From Phoronis australis (Eukaryota; Animalia; Phoronida), in the NCBI GenBank assembly GCA_002633005.1, contig NMRA01000025.1, positions 255,757-319,756 of the forward strand: a DNA stretch of 64,000 nucleotides, written 5' to 3'. The notes under the pieces were generated by a model. That model had not been told where the DNA came from. It worked only from the letters and a program-made list of their open reading frames with translations, and ran no database searches. The stretch's first letter is position 1, and every line of letters begins with the position of its first letter. Below, in pieces: positions 52,354 to 64,000 of the stretch. The position numbers and the translations under genes are program-made.

Positions 52354-53301
52354 ATTGTTCCCTCGAAACTGAAACCCCGTTGTAAAACAGATATTCTGGA
52401 ATCGAAAACAGACTTCTGTACCTTCAAAACAGCTAACCAGTCCGAAAAAACACGAACCCCGACCTGTAAACACGAACCCCGACCTTTAAAACAGGAAACC
52501 CCGGGGATGGGACAGGAACAATTTTCTTTTTTTTGAGACGATGTCAATAGTCTCAAACTTTGAGTTAAAGCATCTTCAAATACTTTCCAGTTGTTTTCTG
52601 CATTTGTTTGTTAAAAATTGTCAATAAGAAAACGTAAGTGATATTACATTGACTTTGATATTTGATTTTTATCAGTAAAGCTCATGCAGCTTTCTTGATT
52701 GCGAATTTCAATATAATCTATACTATCAACACAAATCCCAGTGATTATTTAGTTAATTTCTGATTATTCAATAGTTTCTCCAAATATATTTTCAAAAATG
52801 AAAAACAAAATATTATTTCGACTTTCGAGTTCCATTGTTGATTAATTCCTATGAATATCTACAATTGGCGCATTTTAGGGTTCGTCGATTTACTTGTCGA
52901 GAGTATATTTCCGGCACAATCAATTTCCGGATTTTGAAATAGGTCGCGAGAATTATTCACTTTAAGACCTGCACCGTCACCAATTTCACCGTTTTTTGCC
53001 CTCAAAAAAGTGTACTTCAACTCCTCATCGATAATTAAAACGGAATTTGGAATCGGAATTTCTGAACTCTGAACGCATTCAGAATCTATTCAGTTCTTGA
53101 GTTAAACAATGATTGACAGAAAGTGCGGGAGTGGTGTTTCGGTCCCCGGGCGTCCTGTCCTATCCCCGGGGTTCCTGTTTTAAAGGTCGGGGTTCGTGTT
53201 TTTCGGGATGGTTAGCTGTTTTGAAGGTGCGGGTGTCTGTTTTTTACTCCGGGACTATCTGTTTTACTTGTACCACGGGGTTCCAATTTTGATGGAACAC
53301 C
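52354..53301. mobile_element. Foldback-type element with ~150-165-bp inverted arms
   Basis: 52355-52517 is the imperfect reverse complement of 53153-53300 (aaacacgaaccccgacctttaaaacagga..ccccggggat). No TSD found. Confidence 0.7.
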
Positions 53302-56300
53302 TTGAGGAATACCCAAATAGAAGTCTCGTGCGTATAGTCACACGACTGTCGGTGGACGTATCTACAGATTTTGAAAAACTGTATTTTCAGGAAACACGGT
53401 CACGTGACTCAGACTTTCAGTCACTATATTTTCGTGCACATTTTACCCTCGTGCGGTCATCATGGATTTCACTCTTAAAGGGATACTAAACCTTGTTTTG
53501 GTGACTTCAATCAAGGCCTCGTACTGCCACCTGCCAATGCATCACTGACGTCCCACATGAGTGACAAAAGCAGAATTCAAGTAAAACTTCATTTTTCTCT
53601 GAGTCACAAAATCAGGACATTATGTTTTTTCTTGGTGGGTGGTCCTTCCTAAGTTGTTGTGTACTGAGCTCGCTTGAAGGGTTGGTCAGTATCTGTTAAT
53701 AGGCCAAAACCGGGTTTGTTATCCTTTTAAACAACTGGTATTTGACGAAAGACAGCAACTCCTTATAACAAAAGTGTTCAATTAAACTAAAGTTACAAAA
53801 ACTGAAGTGAAAACAACTGTGTTGGCAATTTTTTCCAGTTTCACGCAAAGTGTCTGCACTTACTTGTATCGACAAATGCATTCATTTACCCAACCGACTC
53901 GTCTGACCGGGTAACAGGACTTAAAACAAATGGCATGTTTTTCCAAGTGCAATTTGCTGCCTCATTTTACATCCGGGTGGGACTGTCAACATGTAGCTGC
54001 ATTTTGAATTTGTAAAATTCACCTTAACATGAATGTCTGAGAGTGCGTTTTTAGAATACGTCACTTTTGACCTTTCTGGGCACCTTAGAAGTAGTCATGA
54101 GCTTACTTTGCGCAGAGGCAGAAGTATAAATGGAAAATGAATGAATGTCTTGAATGTTCAATTTAATAAATTTACAGAAAAAAATATACTTTGCCCGTTG
54201 TAAATGAACTCTAGTCTATTCTATTTTGGGAAAGTTTCGTTTGACTGCAAAGGTAGTAGACACGTGTGGAGCCTAACATTGGGAAAATCTCATGCAGGCT
54301 CATAGCCCAAAACGGGTGTGCATACTTTCCGAAACAGTTTTGGTTGAACCAGCCTTTGCCTGAACGGGCCGTGAGGAGTCGCGAGAAACCGTTAGACTGA
54401 GAAAACACGGATACAACATAGCTGAAAGTTTCACCTGTTGCACTGGTATCCGACGATACGAAACCTTATTCATAGTCAGATAAGCTAGAAGCTAGAATGT
54501 CAATAAATATGTTGGCGCAAATCTATCGTTGAGGTCATGCAAGTTAGCAGTGGCTTCTTCCGGATATGGTTCACGAGTGAACTTAAGTTCAGTGGACACC
54601 GTGTGTTTAGCTAAGCCTAGAAGCCCCACTTTTTCTGGCAGTTTTATTTCTCATGTAAAATGAAATTTTCCAAAACGTGAAACAACAGCCATGCCAAATG
54701 CTTATCATGACACGGATGCCATGATGTCGCATAAATTTCTATCTTTTATCCAAATAGCCCTGAAATAGACGACTTCCCGGCCCGGCTGCCAAGTCATCCT
54801 AATGTCAGCGTCATCGCGCCAAATGAACAAAATTATTTAGGAATTCTAACATACACAGAAGAATATACTCAGGACTCTTTGGGAGACCCTTTGCCAGTGG
54901 TGTCAGTCACTCATGATATGTGTACGTTTCTGAGGTGCCCCACTATGAAACGTTCCAAACCAAAACGTCAGACAATTAGTGTCTGGAGTATGTTGAATAA
55001 ATAAGTACTAGACAGCTCAAAACAAACACTGATTAACAACACACTTTTTGCAAAAGCAGCCAACCGACTTCTAACAAGCGTTGAACGATGTGCGCCATAC
55101 TTGCTCAATTGGGCAGAACACAATGGTTAAGTACCGGAAAAGATAAGAGGTTTTGATGTTCAGGATCCGACCATTTCTTGCTCTGATACAAAAAAAAGGT
55201 GGGAAAAAATGCTTGTATCTTCGTCAAGTCGATTAACTATTATGGACAGAAGTGACGCGTGCAACTCGTACAAGCGAAACTTTCGGGTGGCAAGGGGCAA
55301 AAGTGATGTTGTATATATATATATCTGCCCCTCTCCCACCCCAAATAATCGTTTCTTTCATACAGGCATGTGTTATGATGGTATTTCTGGGCCTTGAAAA
55401 TTGTTTACATTGAACAATTTACCCTCTGTCATGGCGCCACCTATTTTCTTAAAATGTGGCCTGTGAAATGATGATGAACGACACACGGAATTCCGCGTGT
55501 GGGCATAACTGCGCATATCTACTAGGTTTAGACGTTTGTCGTACACATACGATAGGGGAAGGTGCCGGAAAACTATAGTGAATCATTCCGTTGTTCTGTG
55601 ACGTCTTGCAATCTTGTGTGGGCCAAAAAACACTAACTTGTGTGTGGAATGCAACGCTTTTGTCTGTTCTTCTGGTTGTTCCAACCGCAAGCCACAAAAG
55701 CATTTCTCAGCAGATAAAGTGGTATATGTTACTGATCCATTTCTCAACGTCAACTTATCAGAATATTTGAATGTTATTTTGTTCGAATGTTTCTTCGTTA
55801 CAATAAGAAGACGTGTATTGCCTCTCGTAGCGCTGAGAAGGGTAAGTTGGATGATTTCCCCTCATGAATGCCAGGCTCGACGCCCGGAAGTTTTTTTGTC
55901 TCATCCCTGGGGATTCTCTTCCTCATAATGGGAAGGCGCAAATATATATTGGCAACCTCGAGGATGTGACAATGGAAAATGACAAAAGAAACCCCTACCC
56001 AGGACACTGTTGTTGTCGTTCGCTGATCCCCTTCAGCCGGCGTCACTTGCAAAGCCCTCTGCATCAAATGTAGGGTGTCTTGTCTTGAACTGAAACGATC
56101 TTAAACTTTTTTAAATATTAATATATTTGCAGCGCATGGTTAAGTGCCTTAGCCAAGGTGCAATTGGGCCGTGGCCTCCCCTGTTCATTTCACTGAAAAA
56201 GTTTTGACTACCGGTCGCATGGCTGGTCTGCATTGGATGTACAGCTGCAGACATTGGCGTACTAACGGAGCCGGAGGGGACGTGGCACAGTGTCGACAAG

Positions 56301-58931
56301 GAGGAGGACAAACGAAACTGTTCAAAAATATAACCTCCCTGTTCAATACTTCTGACAGAGGCGTTAACAACTCGATGATACGTACCTGTCCCGTAGTAAA
56401 AACACATTGAGTTCGCGTCAGAAACAAGAAATTAGAGCCGGTGTGCCGGGTGGAACGTCCATCTATGAGTTTTTTTCTCATAACGACTTCGTGAACCTGA
56501 AGAAAAGGATAGGAAAATTGTTCTGTACAGGCCATCGTGGTGGTATAACCTGTCCCTTATTTCTGTAGTATTTCAACACGAGGCTGTGTGTCCGTCGATC
56601 ACATAAGCAGTATGCGACGGGTGGGGCCTGAGTTGCGATCTGGAAACACTTTGCAACGAACAGGAGAAGGACTAAACACAGATATGAAATGATTTTCGAC
56701 TGCAAGGGGCGGCTTTTTGTAACGAAACGTGAGGCCATTGTCCCGTTGTAACTCCTAGTGTGTCTCTCCTTTTTATCGTAATCGTGTTCATAGCATTCGT
56801 CAAATGGAAAGTGTCATTGAAAAAATTTTGATTGAAGAAAAAAGACGTTTATTCACTGAAACATGAATTCATAAAATAATTTATGTATACGGTACTACCA
56901 AGTATCTGACATGAAGAATCAAAACATTAGGTCGGCGTTTTAAACCTTTCTGACAGATCGGCCGACTACAGTTTGTTGTTGGAATGCAAGTTTAATTCGT
57001 CAGCAAGTTAAATTAGCTGTTATCTCAGTGATATACACATTTATTAAGGACGTGCTTATAATATCTGAAATATGTACCGGCGAGTCCCTCGCATCATTTG
57101 TTTCGCTGAATTAGGGGCACAATCATTATCTATATCGCTTTGAACTGTTTGCAATACGAGAGTGGGGGAAAATCAATAACCCTCCACAGAACAGAAATGT
57201 TAGCTATAAGGTATTGTATCACCACTCCATAAAATACCTTTCCAGACTCGTGCAGAGACTGCAATACATCTGTGACAGTCACGCCTCTCAGTCACGTCAC
57301 GCGTGCGTTCCTAACGACTTGATGTTATTTCAGAGCTGACCAATGCAGGGCGTACAGACATTCATCTCCCTGCTTGTGGTGCAATCCATTCTTCGTGGCG
57401 AGTGTGTAGCTAAACGCCCCAGACGCCGTTTGACCGGTAAGTTCTCAGAGCCGCCGGAAGCATGGGGTCATTCTTTATAGTGGTATTATTAAGGAAGTAT
57501 TTTTGCACAAAAGGATTTACCTTTCGATAGGACGTTGGTGGCCAGGAAGAGATCTTATTACATGCGGTACTGTGCGAGAAATTGTTGACATCCGCGGGAA
57601 TTCAAATTCTTGAGATGTTTCGCACCTCCCAGGGTAATGTGCCAATGCTCATCTCCCTAGACTACAGGGCTAATTTTTGACGGGGGATACAGCTGTAAAA
57701 TTAGGATACTTACCCAATGACTCGAAAAAGCGACTCATGAAAAGGGCTCTTTCGTAGGGGTTGTTCTAGAAATATTTTGGGGTTAATATGACGAACGTAA
57801 ACCTTAAGTAAAGATTCGTGGACAGTCGAATTCTTAACTCAACGCTCCTGAAAGATGAAATGTCAAAAATAGAACATATTTTACAGTAAACTTTAAAAAC
57901 AATATTGATAATATTAAATACCTTTACTGATGATTTCTATAGTTGGAAAAGGGAACCTTATGCAGAGTTTCGGATTTCCCGCAAAGAAAATGCACCCTAT
58001 CGTTGGGAAACTGGTAATTTTCTGGCGCTCGTAATTCACGTACGCATCATTCATCCGTTTAGCCAACAACAAATTATCACAAGTTTGGAAAAGTCAAGAA
58101 CTTTTGCAACCCTGCTTGTGTCTAGACAAGTGACAGTGTTTGGCGAACAGCTGTTGGCGAGGGCAAGATGGGAATGGCATCAAAATGAATACCATTCATT
58201 TTCAGGTGACATCTCCCAGACTAAGCTATTAAAAACTTTTGCATTCCCGTACGGGCAAATTTGTGTAACGTAAAGTGTGTTTGATCATGGCTAGTCATCT
58301 GGGAGAAGTGTGTACTCGAAAAAGCTATTTACATTAGAGGAAATACAGTTTACTCAGCCCTAATTTCGTGAACAATCATTACCGATTCACGTTTATATTA
58401 TATTACCGTACATGCGCGCGTTGTAACAGAAACAATGTACATGCTCATAAAGTAATTCTTGCACATGCGTTTTGCTTATTTTTCAGCTAACTAATGTAAC
58501 CTTGCTATTTAGCTAACGCCTTTGTTTTCTTACGGTTCTCATTTAGACACATGAGCCTAAGTGAGAGTATAGGTACACCTCCAAGCGCACAGGCCTATAT
58601 GCGAGCTGGCGTGCCTCATGTCTTATTGGTTCTCCTAGGTCAAGAGTTTCGTAAAGGGTTCTGAAAAAAATGTCCTGCACTAATTTCAGGGATCATTTTA
58701 GAAACGCGGGGGTATAGGTGAATTGACGGCTCAAGTCTATGCGTCAATTTTGACGGAGGTCCTGCGGGCCGTGTTAAATTTTTGTCCTTTTTAAGTTTTG
58801 TCCTTTTTCGTTTCCAAATTTATGAGCCGGGCCGTTGGCCCGTTTTAAGCAATCACAGTGCGCCAATGAAATTAGTTTTGCACCGATGACGCGGGGCGCG
58901 TTCGTGTAATTTAAGATGAAAACCTCACATC

Positions 58932-59195
58932 CATGGGCGCACCCAGGGGGGGGGGCTCGGGGGGTTCGAGCGATCCCCCGAATTGGGCAAAAAGGTCCGC
59001 CTCAGCGACACAAAAGTCCGAGTAAACGAGACAAAAGTCTACAAAATCCCACGGGAAGTCGGCGCGGGTGCAGAGTTCGTAAGCCTGAACCTAGTAGCCC
59101 CGTTTTTTTTTTAGTCCTCGTTGATTTCTTTCACTGAAAGGTCCGCACACCAAGAAATTCGAGACCCCCTATACTTTAGACCGGGTGCGCGCCTG
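58932..59195. mobile_element. MITE, CATGCGCGCACCCAG-TIR family, copy 3 (opposite orientation)
   Basis: Ends CATGGGCGCACCCAGG and CCGGGTGCGCGCCTG; perfect 5-bp TSD ACATC. Confidence 0.82.
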
Positions 59196-59727
59196 ACATC
59201 TACAGGCTGTATGTCGAACGGTAGAATGCTCTTAAATTTGACAGAGAGGCAAATACGTCCAAAAGCTCTCGCCCCATCAAACAATGCAAACAAATTCAAT
59301 AATCATTCGCTGAAAAGTCCTGTTTACTGATTCTTTTAAACAGATGTGTAGATAACATTCCGATTCGTTTGGAAATGTTTATTTTGAGTTGTTCCTGTAT
59401 TAAACATTTCAGACGCATTTCTCAGATATTGTTGAGGTGGAGTCTCAGACAATCAGGGCACAAATGCGGAAGTGCTCGTTGAATCAATGCTGTTTCGGTT
59501 TTCTGTTTTGACTATGCAGGCGAGGATCCAGGGTTAATGATCGCGTTTGACCCGACAACGGACAAACTAGCTTGGTACGCTTTAGGTCCATTATGTCTAT
59601 TAAAAGTGACCGAGCGGGTGGTATCCGGTCCCCTGGACACCCCCTTTGAAATCTTTGGTTCTGCACCTACGTTTACCATTAAACGTGCGAGTTGTGTTGC
59701 GCCGAACTTTATCTCCGAATAGCATTT

Positions 59728-62700
59728 TAGTCCAGTCATTCTACGGATAACCCGGATATAATTGCAACAGAAGGTTTTATTGCATAAAGCGTATCCTCTC
59801 ATACTCCTTACTGTGAGAAAAAAGTCTACCGGAATCGGGGTGGCGGAAGTTGGTTTTTCAAGATGGCGGACAAAATGGCCGCCATCATTATTTGCATATG
59901 GCCATTATAACTCGAAAAAGGTTTACGTAGGTTCTGTGGGTCAACAAATCCATTGGATGTAGTTTTGCATGGCTGCGTTTTTTATGGATTCCTACAAAGC
60001 ACTCCGACATGCATACATCGCCGCACATAGACGTCATGCCAGGCAATAAGATCATCGTACAGCTTCAGACCAGCTTTCAAATCATCAAGTATATCAGTGA
60101 CCATTGATTCTTCTGACAAACCATTCTGTCACTGCAAATTCTGAAGACCTATACTCTGATTCAGTCCTGTTTGAATATACCAGTGGCAGTATGTCGGAAG
60201 TCAGAAAGGAACTCTCGTGAGGGCCGGTATTCCAAGGTTCAGAATCGGAAGACACTGCCTGTGCATTACATGTCCCAGTGTATACATCTATAGTTATGTG
60301 TTCAGTAATTGAGATGTCTGAAGAATCTATCTCCATATATTCTGATGAGCCAGCGTCTGTGTACAATCATTGAATTGCTATACCTCTTGGCACGGAATCT
60401 GTGTTCTGTGTTGGTGACATTCGGGACTCCTGGAATTTCTGAAGAACCGGAACTTCTTTCTTGAAATTCTGAAGTCATTGGTTCTGGATCTGTCACATAC
60501 CGTGAATAATACGCTTACAAGGAAGTCACGCCTTTCTAAACATATGCGGGAATTTTCACCGCTCGTCCTTCTGAGCGGCTTTTACCAGGATCAAAGAGAG
60601 CGCGGCGCCTTAGTCATTGTGATGACCGCATTGCCCGATGCGAGCAAGACCCAACTAAGTGTAATTACCTGACCATAAACTGTATTAAACATCTCTGATT
60701 GTACATAATTGCGAATTTTCAAAATGCATTTACCACTAATTTTCGTTAAAAACGAATACCACGGCGGTATTGAGCTGGAAAAAAACTTCCAATTACGGTT
60801 TTCGATTTTTAAAAATCGATGAACTAATAATCTAAAAAGTACAACCATTGGGTACGATTGAAGATAAACTACTGCGCATATTGATATACTCGGTGGATAT
60901 ACAAACGCTGATCAGAGTTAACAATATCGCATGGATTCATTTTTTAAAAATCTTTCAATCTCGTTTAATCAAATTTTAGACCAGAAAATAGTTGTACTTA
61001 ACTTGTACCCACTTTTCATTTTTTATTACTGACAAAGAGCTAAAATAGTTATATAGTCAGTGCCACCGAAATTGTCCAAAGATTCCAAATCTTCAGTTCT
61101 GGTTATCACCATATTTGCACTTTTGTATATATTTTATGATTTGAGTTATAATAAAGATTAAACTTTAATGACACGTGAAATGTTTAGTGTAGGCTTACTT
61201 GTTATGTGGAAAGTTCAGGGATGGGCTCACAATAAACTTAACTAATTAAGTTTCGCTGGCGATCAAAATCTACCACTGTTTTGGTACTTCAAGTTTAAAA
61301 CTTAGATAAAAAGTTATCAACCCGTTTCCGGTAAGAAAAAAAAAACAAGTGGGCAGAAGCATTAAAAATTAAGTAACAAAACCAATGTGAAGCATATCGT
61401 TCCTTTGGGAAGTGGCTCTTTGTGAAGATAAACACAACTTAACCTTTTTTGTCATTTTGTAATATTTTTAATGTATCAAGTTAAAACTACTCTCCAGAGT
61501 TGCAGTCTGTAACTCTGCAAATGTCAGAGAAAACCACATTGAGGGTACTAACAACAACCATTGTTGAGACAGTTATTGCTAGCTATTACCTTTCCACTTC
61601 ATTAGCTCAGATCTACATCAATTCAAAAGGCGTGCTGAATAGGTATCCTAAAAGTTGTCTGGGGCTAAGGGAATCTGAGCTGTGACCAGTGTAATCCAGA
61701 AATTCTCCACATGAATATTTGGAAGTGAGATATTGAATGCTCTGGCTGTGATGATAGCATTCGTGCTTAGTCTACCAACATATGCCCCCTCCCTGCTCTA
61801 TCCACATTTTTTCAATTTAACATATGGATCACACTGTTTGGTGCATACACTGTCTCAAGAATTTGAAACATGTTGCCTGACATTACGTATTCAATAAATC
61901 CCAGAAAGCTCATCTCAGTATGAAATCCGCCAAGCCTGGCTAGGAACAAGTGACTGCAGATCACTGTCGTTTGGTTTGCTGGCACTAATTTCCTCTCAAA
62001 TCAGTTACCTATGTTCATAAAAAGCATGCATATTACACCAGTTTTGAGTAATAAATGCTACTAAACATTTAATTATTAACTTTTTGTAACAACAATTTAT
62101 TTTTCATCAAATTCAGGTGAAATCAGCTGCCAGGTTCTCCACTCATGTCAGTAGCAGACGAAATCTTTGCATGGGAACAACTGATAACATCTCCAAGAGC
62201 AAAGCCACTTCCTGCCCAATGCGATTCAGGATTTCTCATGTTTTGAATAAGCCAATAATTCCACCAGAATTACACATTCTTCTAACAAATATTATTTTTG
62301 ATGCCTCAAATTTTACAGAAAAATAATTGAGTGTGTGAAATTCCGTATGAAAATTTAACTAACATAAAAGCCTTTTCTGAAAAAATAAATTTTACATTAA
62401 ATAATCTAAAATGTGATTAAAATTCCACATTTAGTACCTAACTCTTAAAAACAAACTTTATAAAGAATCAACTCATTAAGCCTAATTGTAGATTGTAAAA
62501 TGTTTTTGTGTAAATACTTCTCAGTTTACAAGCAACGTTTGCAGAATGCACATGCAGTAAATTGGAGTAATTTGTGAGTTGGCGGTCATTTTGTCAGCCA
62601 TCTTGATTTTTTTCTCCAATCAGTGACCAACTGTAAGGTCCAGATATTTTCGATTGTCTAACAAATGCATAGAAATTTTGCCATTTTCAGGGCAAAATAT

Positions 62701-63064
62701 GAAAAGAAGTTTTGCAACAAGTACCTATTTGCCATTTCGGCCGCCATTTTATCGGCCATATTGGTTTTATTTTACGGAAAATTGGCATCTTTTGATTGGT
62801 ATGCCTGTTATGAAAAGTATATAACCAATGACAAGCTTTACTGAGTTATTTCCAGCTGTTGCATAAGAGTAACATGCCAAAAAGCAGTAAACACCGGTTT
62901 TGGCAGCCATTTTCCGCCATCTTGAAAAACCGACTTCCGCCACTCCGATTTCGGTAGACTTTTTTGTGTCACCAAGGGGTGTTTGAAGATGCCATGTATG
63001 CAAAAAACCTTGTGTTGCAATTTTTCTAGGTTGGGCCCTCTGGAACTCTAGAATGACTGCACTA
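59728..63064 (-). mobile_element. Academ-family DNA transposon, internally deleted and decayed
   Basis: Termini TAGTCCAGTCATTCTA and TAGAATGACTGCACTA with ~155-bp imperfect inverted repeats (59728-59885 vs 62900-63064). Flanks TTT/TTA; internal transposase remnant. Confidence 0.8.
61770..61940 (-). pseudogene. Academ transposase remnant
   Basis: ARLGGFHTEMSFLGFIEYVMSGNMFQILETVYAPNSVIHMLN*KNVDRAGRGHMLVD matches the recalled Academ block RLGGFH..MSFLG.IG..M.GSGL..VYA...V.HML.GKA..RA.RGH; it has an internal stop. Confidence 0.78.
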
Positions 63065-64000
63065 TTACAGGGCTGCGAAATTGTTGGTTTTGCTAAACAA
63101 ACCCGTAGCTGTGAGCAGTCCTTGGAGAGATACTCCTAGCACTAGGTAGATGGTGACGCGCTGTTAATTGAAGAAACACACTCGGCGACAGTAAAGATTG
63201 AATAAAATGTTCATCAAATTTGAACAGCTCTACATGATTTTATCTCACAATTCACTTCAACAGTTATTCTATATTTTTTTATAAAATACTTCGATTTTCT
63301 TACTTGGATGTGTTTTTCTTTTACTTTTTTTAGAGTTCAGATGGGCGTGATGTCCAGGGAACACAGAACTCTGAATAATTACCGTCTAAAAACTGCATCG
63401 GTTATCATTATCAGGTTATCGGGTTTTCAAAAGCGATTTGGCCATTTAAGAAAGCGAGATTTGTGTAATTATTAACTGGCATTATTCGATCAACAAAAAC
63501 AATTTTAAGTTTACACTTAAAGTCAACAAAAAGTAACTTAAGCACAAATTTCAAACTATTTCTTGAAGACCGGAGAGGCATGCAAATTCACCCGGCCGTC
63601 CACCCGAGCAAGCTACGTCGTTGTTTTTGGTAACGTTCAACGCATCTGGCACGGCAGTCCAGGACTTGATTTCGTTCTCAAATGCCTATTCTAGACCATG
63701 GGCTCTAGGGCACAGTAGGCTTATAAATCCATTTCTATGACCATTTTGAGAGAGAGAGCGTTTTTGTTTCGATGTTTTTATATGTCAAAAAATCATTGTA
63801 TTTTATAAAAGTAAAAAGCCCCCACGCTTAAACTTGACCTTTAATTTAGCTGATTCTGCAAATTGAAATGGAATAGTACATATTTAAAAACAATGATATT
63901 AGATGTCCAGAAGGGGTGATAACATTCCCCGGGGTTGCACTAAGTCATAAAAATACACTGTTTGTTATTTTTCACTTTAAATGTGAATATAAGGCAAATT

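Noticed and set aside
1-64000. tRNA, rRNA or snRNA genes
   Set aside because: None were recognised by eye; tRNAscan-SE or Infernal would be needed to exclude them.

Overview
This is AT-rich, intron-rich eukaryotic DNA, most likely from an invertebrate animal (a deuterostome is an inference, not shown). It has two N gaps (20377-20683, 29628-30389) and two single Ns. Two complete spliced genes were rebuilt by hand, with GT-AG introns and consistent phases. The first is a 9-exon ADP-ribosylhydrolase ARH3 gene (ADPRS/ADPRHL2; minus strand, CDS 30833 to 15064, 361 aa). The second is a 6-exon RAB28 gene (plus strand, CDS 31099-36848, 223 aa, ending in CaaX CSIQ). They lie head-to-head with only 265 bp between start codons, and the spacer carries ETS and CRE motifs. 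The rest is non-coding and dense in DNA-transposon relics. These include a ~3 kb element with pogo/Tc1-like ends carrying decayed HIRAN-like and THAP reading frames, an Academ element with a transposase remnant, DINE-1/HINE-like elements, a MITE family with 5-bp target-site duplications (TSDs), and several Harbinger- and Kolobok-like MITEs. A dead copy of ADPRS exon 8 and a probable two-haplotype assembly of an insertion polymorphism are also visible. No prokaryotic-type system (CRISPR, operon) is present, and most ORFs in the supplied track are spurious.
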